In this document: one piece after another, positions 37,317 to 46,308 of the stretch | Layout of the letters: each line of letters begins with the position of its first letter | Numbering within the stretch: the stretch's first letter is position 1 | Origin: a virus | Lineage: Duplodnaviria > Heunggongvirae > Uroviricota > Caudoviricetes | Strand: one strand, 5' to 3' | IMG/VR virus record: IMGVR_UViG_3300033146_003879 | Coordinates: 54,990-118,989 of that record | DNA length: 64,000 nt | Position numbers and translations under genes: made by a program | The notes under the pieces: generated by a model | The model's input: only the letters and a program-made list of their open reading frames with translations | Told to the model about the DNA's origin: nothing | The model's database searches: none

Positions 37317-38008
37317 CTCTTTCGTCTTGCTGGAGCAGCAGCGCGGTTTATCGGATCAACAGGAACTTTTTCAAGCGTGAGTGCCGGGACGTACTCACGA
37401 TCAGCAATGTACAGCTCTGACACTTTTCCTTCAAGGATGTCTTTGTACTCATGCCTAACTCCATCTTCACCAATAAGGACGTAGTTGTCAACACCTCTTA
37501 TTGCTTTTGTTTTTGGTGCAGACCCATCTCTACTCTTTGGCACAAACTCCATATGAGCAATGAGTTTGTTTGTTACTTGATAGACGACCTTCACTTTCTT
37601 GATGTCTACTTTCCGTATCGCTTCGTCAAGCGTCGTGAATGTTGACATCGGTCCTTCTTGCTTTTTTTCTTTGACAATAAACATGTTTGCCTCCGCAATA
37701 TGAATAACCAACGTACGCTTCGGATATTTATCCGCAAGCTCGCACACCCTATTGTATTTACAATAGTGTGCTGACGCATTACACCAACTCAGCGCGTGCG
37801 TCCTCAGAGGACAGTATCCGCTCTTTGCTACTCGCCTCCCTTTTTCCGGGATTTCCGTTACATCAGGTGGGAAGCTCGCTTTGAGTAATTTTATCTTAGC
37901 GTTACAGAATGTACGCTCACACGCAAGACATACGTGTGTTGGGACTTTTACTTCGGCGACCTCACTCCCATGTACTTCGGGGTACTTACATACGACCCAT
38001 TGTGACAT
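37313..38008 (-). CDS. Cys-rich hypothetical protein
   Basis: CKY..HVCLACERTFC and YCPLR..WC..HYCKYNRVC; ATGA overlap with the nuclease gene. Confidence 0.6.
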   Translation of the reverse strand: MSQWVVCKYPEVHGSEVAEVKVPTHVCLACERTFCNAKIKLLKASFPPDVTEIPEKGRRVAKSGYCPLRTHALSWCNASAHYCKYNRVCELADKYPKRTLVIHIAEANMFIVKEKKQEGPMSTFTTLDEAIRKVDIKKVKVVYQVTNKLIAHMEFVPKSRDGSAPKTKAIRGVDNYVLIGEDGVRHEYKDILEGKVSELYIADREYVPALTLEKVPVDPINRAAAPARRKR

Positions 38009-38044
38009 CTTGTTTCCCCCTGTCAAAATACAATAAAAACAAAA

Positions 38045-38064
38045 GGGCGGACCGAAGCCCGCCC
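38045..38064 (-). terminator. Intrinsic terminator after the SSB-like gene
   Basis: GGGCGGGC-UUCG-GUCCGCCC followed by UUUUGUUUUU. Confidence 0.8.
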
Positions 38065-38088
38065 AACCATAGTTCCTAGATGATTCCC

Positions 38089-38997
38089 TTAGAAGGGGAG
38101 ATCATCATCTTCTTCCGGCATGGCATCCGCAGGTGCGGGTGTAGTGTCAGGTGGCATAGGGGCTGGTTCGGCAGCGACCTCTGGGTCTGACGGTACTGCT
38201 GGAGAAGGAGTCGTCTGCGCTCCTTCAACCTTAGCTTTCTCGATAGCCATACTCAGTGCACGCTTCTCTGCGTATTCGAGTTTTGACTTAACAGCAGCCT
38301 TCTCAAATGCAAGGAAATCGACGTGCAGCGCCTTTACTGCATCTACTTCTTCAGGCGTTAGAGCTCGAACGAACTCAATCGCTTTGAAATCCATAATCGG
38401 CAACTTGATAGACTTTTTCCATGCGGCCGGAACAGCTGCTACATGAAAATCGAACACAGCAAACGCAAGCGTCGTAATACCATGTGCGTGAAGGTTTCTC
38501 CTTAGTGTGTTCAATGATCCCGAAACGTCCTTAATTGTTGCGTAGGACGCTTTGTAGGATGCTAGCTGGAACGGGTCATCGCTACCTGCTTCTCTAATAA
38601 GCAGATAAATCTTTTTACTGTACCCGCGCTTGTACACATCTTTGTCTTTGTAACTACATTCGCTACGACAAAGTAGGCCTTTCATTGAATACCCGTCGGT
38701 GTTCGTTGAATAGCACACATTCTCATCGTCACTAATGCGTTTTGCGCTACAAGACACAATCTTAGATTGGTGAAAGAAAATTACTTCTAGTCCACCCTTC
38801 TTCAATAGTTGTGTAGTTCCGTCTCCCATACGCAGAGATGCTTGATCTTGCGTTTCTCTCGAGATCTTCAGAGAAGGGATCTCGAGTGATGCGTAGGAGT
38901 TTTCCTCTAGTTCATCCGCCGGAATCACGAATTCCGATAGAGAAGGGATAAGGAGTTTTGAAGCTTTCGCTTCAGCAGTTTTCTTCGGTGTCGCCAT
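38089..38997 (-). CDS. Putative single-stranded DNA-binding protein
   Basis: Beta-rich core, P/A-rich linker and acidic tail EEDDDLPF typical of SSB C-termini. Confidence 0.6.
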   Translation of the reverse strand: MATPKKTAEAKASKLLIPSLSEFVIPADELEENSYASLEIPSLKISRETQDQASLRMGDGTTQLLKKGGLEVIFFHQSKIVSCSAKRISDDENVCYSTNTDGYSMKGLLCRSECSYKDKDVYKRGYSKKIYLLIREAGSDDPFQLASYKASYATIKDVSGSLNTLRRNLHAHGITTLAFAVFDFHVAAVPAAWKKSIKLPIMDFKAIEFVRALTPEEVDAVKALHVDFLAFEKAAVKSKLEYAEKRALSMAIEKAKVEGAQTTPSPAVPSDPEVAAEPAPMPPDTTPAPADAMPEEDDDLPF

Positions 38998-39103
38998 TTT
39001 GGCCTCCATTCAGGTTTGTTACTTACTTACCGTGGAGAGAAAGCTGTGTGATCGGTTTTTGCATCACAACAAACTCGTACCTTCATATACTTATACCACA
39101 TTC

Positions 39104-39247
39104 CTATTCCACCTTCTTAATCTCAACTGCGATCTCAGAGGCATCTTTAATTGCCACGAGTGCGTGGTAGCGGTACAGGTTGTAGTACTTAAAAAAAAGG
39201 GCATCTCTCCGTGTTCCTCTCTTTGGGGGTTCAGGGTGTGTTTCCAT
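39104..39247 (-). CDS. Possible 47-aa protein
   Basis: METHPEPPKRGTRRDALFFKYYNLYRYHALVAIKDASEIAVEIKKVE; no clear RBS. Confidence 0.3.
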   Translation of the reverse strand: METHPEPPKRGTRRDALFFKYYNLYRYHALVAIKDASEIAVEIKKVE

Positions 39248-39279
39248 ATATAAGTGAGCCCGATACACACCGTACGGGT

Positions 39280-40050
39280 CTAGGAGAAAAAAGTGTTAGA
39301 CATCGAATCGAATTCATTATCAACCATCGGAGCAAAGTAGTTTATGATCTTTGCTGCATACATACCATCAGTCATAGCTGTAAATATATCAATATCGATT
39401 CTGTCCATAAATTCATCATCCTCGTACCCACCGTGAATTAAACGGGTAGTTGCATACGACAATATAAGGCTAATGTCTGCAGTTGTCGTTTGATAATCAA
39501 TAAAGGCAGCGGCAAGTATGCTTATCCTACGTGCGTTCTCATCAGACGGAAGAAACACAATGTTTCCTGAGGAACATTTCGGAGCTTCTATAACAACAAA
39601 CTCAGTCTCCCCCTCCATCAGCCTATCAAAATATTCTGTCATAGCACGCGGTTTGACAACGGCGAATCCATTCATGCAAGTATTGAATTCCTCTAGTCCT
39701 TTTATGGAGTCGAAGTCCTTCTTGCAAATAATGGTGTCGACTGATTTTGAAGTTTCTTTCAACAAAGTATCAATTATTTGCACGTACGTGTTAGTATACT
39801 TCGTTACTCGTGACTGATGCATGGCGGAAAGACGCTTCACAACTTTCTTTACAAGATCCTCCGTCAACTTCTCGCCAGTAACGGCCTCCTCTTTTAAAGC
39901 ACTCTCGAAGAGCGCCCCGAGAATAGCTGTATAGGGGATATGAGCAGGCTTGTCAGCAACGATAATAAGAAGATCAGATGTAGTTATAGTGACTACGCTC
40001 TTAATCTTTTCAATGTCCTCAAGGGTGTACTCTTTCTTTTTCTTTGCCAT
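39280..40050 (-). CDS. Hypothetical protein
   Basis: ORF from MAKKKKEY; upstream TTGACA-17-TATTAT promoter (40084-40112). Confidence 0.6.
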   Translation of the reverse strand: MAKKKKEYTLEDIEKIKSVVTITTSDLLIIVADKPAHIPYTAILGALFESALKEEAVTGEKLTEDLVKKVVKRLSAMHQSRVTKYTNTYVQIIDTLLKETSKSVDTIICKKDFDSIKGLEEFNTCMNGFAVVKPRAMTEYFDRLMEGETEFVVIEAPKCSSGNIVFLPSDENARRISILAAAFIDYQTTTADISLILSYATTRLIHGGYEDDEFMDRIDIDIFTAMTDGMYAAKIINYFAPMVDNEFDSMSNTFFS

Positions 40051-40119
40051 GAGCGATCTCCATGATACGGTTAATGGTAAGCAATAATACAACTATCAAG
40101 CAAGCATGTCAACAAAAAA

Positions 40120-40141
40120 GAGACGCCTTTCGGCGCCTCTC
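40120..40141 (-). terminator. Intrinsic terminator
   Basis: GAGAGGCGCC-GAAA-GGCGUCUC followed by a U-tract. Confidence 0.75.
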
Positions 40142-40279
40142 CCTTAAAGAGTGCAATACTATTATTATAAGTTTTTGCATTTTTTATAGGTAGCAGTAAT
40201 AGTCCATACAGGTACTTTATCGGCATCTTGTTATAGGGAAGCGCGCGTTCAGCTTCCCCACTCTTCATCTCATCGATGA

Positions 40280-40696
40280 CTACTTGCATTTTACTTCCTC
40301 CATAAACTGCTTTAGGTTTTCCGATAGTAACTTGAACTCAGCAATAACTCGCTCAGCTCCTTTTGCAACTGCCACAATTTCTCCGCCAACTTCAGAGGAT
40401 ACGTCATCCTCGGTGTTTCTTTCACCGAGGGTAATGCCGTCTTCCTGCAACACATCTATCATGTTGCCTCGTGAAGCTATGAGTACTTGTCCGCTCTTTG
40501 TAATAAGAGCGACCTCCCCGTCTCGGAGATGGACTTTATCAACAGCCGTAACTAAGGTTCCTCCAGGGAGCCTATAGTTTCCGGTCATGTCTTCTTTAAT
40601 AGGGACATACGTTCTTTCGCAATCCCGCTCTTTGCCGAGGCGCGCAAGGCGTGTAGTGATGTACTGATACATGTTCTTGAATCCGTAGTTAATCAT
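40280..40696 (-). CDS. Hypothetical protein
   Basis: 138-aa ORF coupled to the upstream gene. Confidence 0.6.
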   Translation of the reverse strand: MINYGFKNMYQYITTRLARLGKERDCERTYVPIKEDMTGNYRLPGGTLVTAVDKVHLRDGEVALITKSGQVLIASRGNMIDVLQEDGITLGERNTEDDVSSEVGGEIVAVAKGAERVIAEFKLLSENLKQFMEEVKCK

Positions 40697-42282
40697 CGAT
40701 TACCTCCTTCTTTATTTTTCTCTTCCGTATACGGAAAGAAAGGATCGAGGTAGCGGTTCGCTGCCTCTATATCAGCAAACACTCTTTCTTCAGCCTTCGT
40801 GTCTTTGGGTGTCCTTGTTCGTACCGTCACCTCACCGGTGTCGGAAACAAGCATGACAAATGCCATTCCATTGTTTGGGTTGAAAAACGCCCATCTCGGT
40901 ACCTTCGGATCGTATGTGACACCGGTGTTCAAGTCGGTACGCTCAATATACTCCCCTTCGCGCAGCCCTGGGAACTTCTTCGCAAGACTATGGTAGTACA
41001 CCTGATCTCCGTTAATAAGCACAGTTGTATTTGATCTGCGGTCGTCCTTGGGGACACTCTTAACTTTCAGGACATCAAGTGTTACAGGGTGGATGAAGAT
41101 CTTATTAGCAATACGGAGCTGCCTACCTCTCTTCTTAGGCAACGCCTTCTCAACCCCGAGTAGACTACACACCAGCGTCGCAGCTGACTCAGAGTCGCTC
41201 AGTGTTGTGTAGATTGCATTGTCATCTCCCTCTCTCTTGTACGAGATATCAATGACGTTTGATCCTGGAACAGGAGCAACTTGCGTGCGGACAACAACAC
41301 CGGCATCTGTATGGAACGCGTGGCGCCCCTCACCGAGAAGTTCTGCGGAGACTGAGTACATATCATCAGGGTTTTCGAGAATCATCTCAAAATCATTTAT
41401 CATTGACTCAACTTCATGTGCCGACGCGCCTATGTGCTCTTCATCTTTAAGCACAGTGTATCGGGCCAGGTTTGTGTGTGACCGAGATACGACGACGACA
41501 TCGCACTTATCTGAGATGTACACACCATACTTAGGTCGAACGGACCGTATTGTCTTTGGGGGAGCCTTCGTAACCTTCTTTATGGTGCCGGGGCTGACCC
41601 ACAACAATCGACCTTGCTTCACCTCCTCTCGGAACTTATTACGAGAAACCCGTACCTCCTTTCCTCCAGTCACTGACAACGTTACCCAATTCTGGCGAGT
41701 GCTTTCAGGCATTCCGTCATTCACATAGGGCGTGTATACGCAGGTGTTTCCTGCAAGATCTCTATAGACGCCGTAGTTAGCACGTGTCACACGCTCACCT
41801 TTTGGTTTCGGAGTAGGCATAACTGTAATATCAGTAGCTTCCCTGTCTTTCTCGAGCAGATCTTCAGATACACTGATATGAGAAACGGGACCACCCTCTC
41901 CCTCAAACACAGAGGAGTCTGTAGTGTCTGCCTTAGCGTTGTACCTCTTAATGAGTGTGGTATACTTCAGCATAGTCTCCGTCTTTTCCTTATGGAGCTT
42001 TTCATATCGCCCCGGATGCTCCTCTCTGCCTCCTTCCGTAATAAACGCAAGTAGAGCATACATAGCCTTTGCAGCATCAGATTTCGCTACAATCACATCG
42101 AACTCCATGTTTACGAGTTCTTTTATCTGATCGGCATCAGAAGATTGTACTAACTCAACCTTCTCATCTACAGCTTGTTCTGGAAACTTCTCCGACACAA
42201 TTACCAAGAATTCAGCGAGGATGTTACCTACCGCTGTCCCAAATTGATTTGCTGCATCCTTGAATCTACTCTTTCTGCTCAT
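40693..42282 (-). CDS. Hypothetical protein
   Basis: ORF from MSRKSRF with GGAGG RBS. Confidence 0.65.
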   Translation of the reverse strand: MSRKSRFKDAANQFGTAVGNILAEFLVIVSEKFPEQAVDEKVELVQSSDADQIKELVNMEFDVIVAKSDAAKAMYALLAFITEGGREEHPGRYEKLHKEKTETMLKYTTLIKRYNAKADTTDSSVFEGEGGPVSHISVSEDLLEKDREATDITVMPTPKPKGERVTRANYGVYRDLAGNTCVYTPYVNDGMPESTRQNWVTLSVTGGKEVRVSRNKFREEVKQGRLLWVSPGTIKKVTKAPPKTIRSVRPKYGVYISDKCDVVVVSRSHTNLARYTVLKDEEHIGASAHEVESMINDFEMILENPDDMYSVSAELLGEGRHAFHTDAGVVVRTQVAPVPGSNVIDISYKREGDDNAIYTTLSDSESAATLVCSLLGVEKALPKKRGRQLRIANKIFIHPVTLDVLKVKSVPKDDRRSNTTVLINGDQVYYHSLAKKFPGLREGEYIERTDLNTGVTYDPKVPRWAFFNPNNGMAFVMLVSDTGEVTVRTRTPKDTKAEERVFADIEAANRYLDPFFPYTEEKNKEGGNR

Positions 42283-43030
42283 CGTCTCCTCCGACAGTAA
42301 CATTAGTTTCGCTTTCCTCTTTCGTTCCAGGCATCAATATACGCAGCGTGTTTATCGCATCCTTCAAGTTAGGGTGCACTGACACTACCGGCCTATATTT
42401 CATCTCTCCCTTCTCATTGTTACGCATACATGGATAGTATGCAATTACCTGCACGTGTTCATCCTTATCAGCAAACTTAAACACATGTATGAGTAAATCT
42501 TCACCTGAGTTAAAGAATGTAACGATCTCGTCTCCAGCAGCATATCTCTCTATATCTATAGAGTCAGCTCGAAACTCATCGATATTTATATACAACGGGG
42601 CGGATCCTTCCGGTCTAAGAACACACCCGCCCGGATTCTTCTCATACTCCTCGCGTTCTTCCTTTTGCTCAGGTGTCTCGAACCTGAGCGGGACACGCTC
42701 ATTTGCAAACTCCTTATCAAACTCTACGCCAGCATTCCCGTAGTGAATAGCATCTAATAAGCCCGTGTAGAATACAATATCACGCATTGTTTCAAACAAG
42801 GAATCAGTCAGTGTTGTGACCTTCTTATCAATAGTAAAATCAATACTCGGGATATACCCGTCTTCTCCTTCAGATTGCACGATCTTAAGAGGGTCAGAGG
42901 CAACCAATATAGCTATTCGTCGCTTGTCCTCTTCGAGTGCTTCGTTAAGCTGGTCTATGTGCTCTCTTAGTTCATACTCTCCAGCAGAGCCTCCAGTAAG
43001 TTCTCTTTCTACTCGATATGAAACATACAT
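42266..43030 (-). CDS. Hypothetical protein
   Basis: 254-aa ORF, AAGGAGG RBS. Confidence 0.65.
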   Translation of the reverse strand: MYVSYRVERELTGGSAGEYELREHIDQLNEALEEDKRRIAILVASDPLKIVQSEGEDGYIPSIDFTIDKKVTTLTDSLFETMRDIVFYTGLLDAIHYGNAGVEFDKEFANERVPLRFETPEQKEEREEYEKNPGGCVLRPEGSAPLYINIDEFRADSIDIERYAAGDEIVTFFNSGEDLLIHVFKFADKDEHVQVIAYYPCMRNNEKGEMKYRPVVSVHPNLKDAINTLRILMPGTKEESETNVTVGGDDEQKE

Positions 43031-43034
43031 CTAG

Positions 43035-43311
43035 CAACCTCCTTATTGCTTTACGTTAAATTGCCTCGCCGCTTTAGTTTAGTTTTTCAATAGAAATAAA
43101 CGACTTGCATCGCGCCGTGAATAGGCTAGATATACACGGCGAGGACTTGGGACAAGATGCTCTACCGCGGCCGGGGGAAGGCCGCGGGGCAGAGCAAAAG
43201 GAACACTTTCTTCTGATGGTGTATTCAAGGGCTTATCGGCAAGCATATAACCCAGCACGATACTCCCTACTAGAATACCGGCCTATCCAAATCAAAACTG
43301 CAGTAACCGTA
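43035..43311 (-). ncRNA. Structured intergenic RNA/leader candidate
   Basis: 280-bp ORF-less gap with GC-rich stems (43159-43195, 43114-43140) and an alternative 8-bp pairing (43064-43071 with 43137-43144). Confidence 0.45.
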
Positions 43312-43530
43312 TCACCCCCTTAGTGCCCATATTAGTACAGATACAACCGCAGCAGCTACAATGCTCGTTACAATAATCCGAGGTATGCACTCCAGCGGGT
43401 CTGTGAGGCAGCACCACACATCCTGTTTTCCGAGCCCTAAGTTAGCTACAAAAGTACCACCAACAACCCCGGTAACAATAAACGCTACAACGAGTAGCAT
43501 GTCTTGCACGAATGTTATTATGTGTGTCAT
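43312..43530 (-). CDS. Small membrane protein
   Basis: 72 aa with two hydrophobic segments. Confidence 0.55.
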   Translation of the reverse strand: MTHIITFVQDMLLVVAFIVTGVVGGTFVANLGLGKQDVWCCLTDPLECIPRIIVTSIVAAAVVSVLIWALRG

Positions 43531-43531
43531 T

Positions 43532-43749
43532 TTACCATCCCCCGTCTTTGTATAGGTGCCGGGAAGCGCATGCTCTGCATTGTTGTGTCCGTCCGCTTAC
43601 AAGCTCGTACTGGGACACATTGCGTGTTGTTCCACACTCGCACCTGCAGACCCATTTGTCCTTTGAGTCAGCAAACTTCTTCGGACTGCGGCGCAACACT
43701 TTCCATTTTCCTGCCCCTCAAGGTTAAGGGGTGCTTTCTTAACTGCCAT
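43532..43749 (-). pseudogene. Frameshifted zinc-ribbon protein (HNH/AP2-associated DLxGxxxGxW..WxCxCxCG type)
   Basis: MAVKKAPLNLEG in one frame continues as GKWKVL...WVCRCECGTTRNVSQYELVSGRTQQCRAC in the -1 frame; span of 218 nt is not a multiple of 3. Confidence 0.6.
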
Positions 43750-43776
43750 GCTAGTACTACCCTCCGTTAGAGTTTA

Positions 43777-44118
43777 CTAGTTCCTAGTAAGGTACCTTAC
43801 TTTCTCAATGTAGTTCTTGTCTTCTGCATACGGTTTATTCACACCGGGTACATTCCTCAGTGCATTGTAAAATCCTTTCGTATCGGTTGGGAAGTCAAAC
43901 TCTCTCAAGTAGGTAATGCGGTTAGCTACCAAGGCTTCCATATTGCTACTAGATTTAGTTGTGAACCAACCTGTTTCGAGGATCAAGATGGATACAACAA
44001 TGTTAGAAACATCTTTGTATTCAGTCTTATCAACCTCGTAGGATGCATCAGCAACTCCCTCACCGGATAACGATAGAATTGCAAACAGTATGATTGCAGC
44101 AGCAATAAAATTCTTCAT
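43777..44118 (-). CDS. Signal-peptide-bearing compact GH73/glucosaminidase-like protein
   Basis: MKNFIAAAIILFAILSLS signal, ILILETGW and YAEDKNYIEKV motifs; 113 aa. Confidence 0.5.
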   Translation of the reverse strand: MKNFIAAAIILFAILSLSGEGVADASYEVDKTEYKDVSNIVVSILILETGWFTTKSSSNMEALVANRITYLREFDFPTDTKGFYNALRNVPGVNKPYAEDKNYIEKVRYLTRN

Positions 44119-44131
44119 TTGCCCTCCTCTC

Positions 44132-44569
44132 CTAGTAATCTCCATCTGCGACTTGGACACAAGTCTTACCAATGTCCCTCCACATTTTACAAACTCCTGC
44201 TCGATCCTCGAACACAAGTTCAACATCATCAGCGAAGTCTTTGCATAGCTCTTCTTTGATGATATAATCTTTCCTGAAGTCTCTGTCTTTCCTCATATAG
44301 AGATCTTCGCTGTCTGCGTACATAGCATTAGCTGATAGCCATGCGAGTGTGTCCATACGAGTTCTCTCAGGTCTCCCTGTAACAAACACAATCTTCCAAC
44401 CAGATCTACGTAAAGCCCACAGAATACTGCGAATAGGCTCGTTAACCCTATCTTCTCTGACTCTTGCGTAGAAGCTGTCATAATCTTTTCGGCTTCCAGA
44501 TAGGCATTGAAGACGGTCACCCACAACGGCTAGCGTACCATCAATGTCGAATATTGCGAGGTGTGGCAT
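44132..44569 (-). CDS. HAD-family phosphatase (PNKP 3'-phosphatase-like)
   Basis: FDIDGTLA, VTGR, K.D.RKDYIIKEE, VFEDR, TCVQVADGDY. Confidence 0.92.
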   Translation of the reverse strand: MPHLAIFDIDGTLAVVGDRLQCLSGSRKDYDSFYARVREDRVNEPIRSILWALRRSGWKIVFVTGRPERTRMDTLAWLSANAMYADSEDLYMRKDRDFRKDYIIKEELCKDFADDVELVFEDRAGVCKMWRDIGKTCVQVADGDY

Positions 44570-44883
44570 TATTCTCTCCTTGGTTTTTTTAGGTCGTAAC
44601 TCATAAGGTGGCCTGCACTGTTCTCCTCTATCAGCTGACCCGCCTCTTTTGCGATTATGTAAGCAACGTCCCGGTCGACGAATCTGCCGGCGCTTGTCAG
44701 GAAACCATTATCCATTTCCGATCGAACATAACGCGCGTGCTCTTCTTCTGTATCACAACGGTCAGCATTGAGGATGTCGTTCATTATGTTTGCGTGGGCT
44801 CTACCGGTGAATATCTCACCATCAGCACTCCCATCTAACACTCTAATTGCGGCGGTCTCAATGGTTTCCTTGTCAGGCTTCAT
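44569..44883 (-). CDS. Hypothetical phage protein
   Basis: ORF from MKPDKE containing GFLTSAGRFVDR..AY.IAKEAGQ. Confidence 0.6.
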   Translation of the reverse strand: MKPDKETIETAAIRVLDGSADGEIFTGRAHANIMNDILNADRCDTEEEHARYVRSEMDNGFLTSAGRFVDRDVAYIIAKEAGQLIEENSAGHLMSYDLKKPRRE

Positions 44884-45415
44884 TGCTCCCTCCTTTCCCT
44901 GGGAAGATAGTGTACCCATCTGATCCACCGGTATCTCCCGATTCTTCATCCGAACCTGCAGTTTCCTCCTCGTTATCATCAGGATTAGCCCCTATTCGCT
45001 TAAGCAACGCACTGAAGCTTCGTGCTACAGACTCTTTTGCTATATCCGCAATCGACTTTTCTTCTTGTACCTCAAGCAGTGTGTGTATGCGCACTACAGA
45101 TTCTGCCGCAAATGCGATATAGTCCTCGAGATTATCTGCGCCTGGCATATCTGATGTAGCACTCCGTATTGCATCTGGTATGTTTTTCCAGTCGAAGCAA
45201 AGCTGTAATACTTCTGACGCCTCTAATTGTCCATACCCGTGTTGATACAACATGGATGCGTTGTCATCCTGCATAAGCATTATTACGACTGTTTTAACAA
45301 TAATCCGTTCTTTCGCATCCCTATTACCAGGTAAAGCATCTATGCCATTAAACAGGTTGCGCAATGCTGCGAACATACTGTTATACGTCTCTTTCTGTTC
45401 CTTCATCCGTACCAT
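44873..45415 (-). CDS. Hypothetical protein
   Basis: 180-aa ORF with RBS. Confidence 0.6.
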   Translation of the reverse strand: MVRMKEQKETYNSMFAALRNLFNGIDALPGNRDAKERIIVKTVVIMLMQDDNASMLYQHGYGQLEASEVLQLCFDWKNIPDAIRSATSDMPGADNLEDYIAFAAESVVRIHTLLEVQEEKSIADIAKESVARSFSALLKRIGANPDDNEEETAGSDEESGDTGGSDGYTIFPGKGGSNEA

Positions 45416-45647
45416 TGTTTTTCTCCTCTAGTTGTTCGTAGTGTTCATTTGTCATCACCCACACTTTTCCGGTGAGCCTCCCTAGTTCTTCTTTGAGAGC
45501 GTGCACTTGTGCTTGTATCGAGGCGCATACGAATTTCTGCCGGTAAAGGCAACTGCTTGTCGAGTAGGACGCACTTGGGTTAAAGTTGCACTCGTCAGGA
45601 TTGCTTCCGTGTTCGCACAAGTATCCGATGTGAATGTCTTTAGACAT
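45381..45647 (-). CDS. Hypothetical protein
   Basis: TGATG-coupled to the upstream gene. Confidence 0.5.
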   Translation of the reverse strand: MSKDIHIGYLCEHGSNPDECNFNPSASYSTSSCLYRQKFVCASIQAQVHALKEELGRLTGKVWVMTNEHYEQLEEKNNGTDEGTERDV

Positions 45648-46138
45648 CAGCGTCTCCTTGCCTTCACAGGCTGTACCGGGTTACCAAACAACTTGAAGCG
45701 TGATGAGTAATGCTTTGCAATATTACGCGCGACTTTGTCAACTTTCTTTTTGTCTACCCCTTCAGTGAAGGATGCAGCTTCCGGGTCATCTCCACAATCG
45801 ATGATACCCGCTATGTACAAAGCTCCATCAGGCCTCTCTAGTACAACTAACTCTTTCCCTTGCGGGTGTAAACATAGACGGTTTAGTTCTTGCAGCACCC
45901 CATCTTTGATGAGCGCTTCTATGGTTAAAAAATCATAACCGCTCGATTCCGCAACAGGGTCGTGTATTGTCGGTTCAGGCACAGGTTGCATTACTCGCCG
46001 AGGGCTACCCTTCCGATCTGCTCTCTTAGCCTTCGCCTCCTCCTTTTTCCTTCTTCTATTCTGCCTAACAAAGTCACGCGCAAACTCATTCTGTATCTGC
46101 GTCATCATTTTGTCGAGCATTGACTTACGTGGTGCCAT
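45647..46138 (-). CDS. Hypothetical basic protein
   Basis: GGAGG RBS; TGGTATAAG motif upstream (46175-46183). Confidence 0.6.
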   Translation of the reverse strand: MAPRKSMLDKMMTQIQNEFARDFVRQNRRRKKEEAKAKRADRKGSPRRVMQPVPEPTIHDPVAESSGYDFLTIEALIKDGVLQELNRLCLHPQGKELVVLERPDGALYIAGIIDCGDDPEAASFTEGVDKKKVDKVARNIAKHYSSRFKLFGNPVQPVKARRR

Positions 46139-46199
46139 AGCATGTGTCCTCCTGTAGGTAGTTTATAACATAGTCTTATACCATAAATCAAGAAAAATT

Positions 46200-46308
46200 A
46201 CTACGAATTGTTTGAGGCAGGCCGGCTGGTCGCCACCGAAAGGAGGTAGCAGACGATCGCGCCAGCGTGGGCCTTAAGGTCATCATTGGAGATCATGATG
46301 AGAATCAC
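46200..46308 (-). ncRNA. Small RNA/leader with anti-Shine-Dalgarno loop
   Basis: Upstream TTGACA-17-TATCAT promoter (46313-46341); stem 46219-46274 whose apex carries ACCUCCUUUC (46238-46247). Confidence 0.55.

Noticed and set aside
31211-39211. 13-mer GGGCATCTCTCCG shared between 31211 and 39199
   Set aside because: No extended similarity; the second copy is inside a probable small ORF; likely chance.
32866-39280. Repeat array next to the RT/Cas4 genes
   Set aside because: The short intergenic gaps were read by eye and contain only terminators and small ORFs; no evenly spaced repeats and no cas1/cas2.
40071-40289. 72-aa ORF MQVVIDEMK
   Set aside because: It has a plausible RBS but runs through a terminator and a promoter, so it was not called.
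43255-43290. RNase P RNA 3'-like AGAATACCGGCCTAT
   Set aside because: No GAGGAAAGTCC P4 partner upstream.
43297-43325. tmRNA-like 5' end GGGGGTGATACGGTT
   Set aside because: It is the last codons and stop of the 72-aa ORF; no matching T-arm/acceptor 3' end or tag frame.
46211-46275. SRP RNA or HDV-like ribozyme on the plus strand
   Set aside because: The SRP CAGG/AGCA loop is not placed next to the GAAA hairpin, the HDV P1 partner is missing, and the promoter and G-U pair favour the minus strand.
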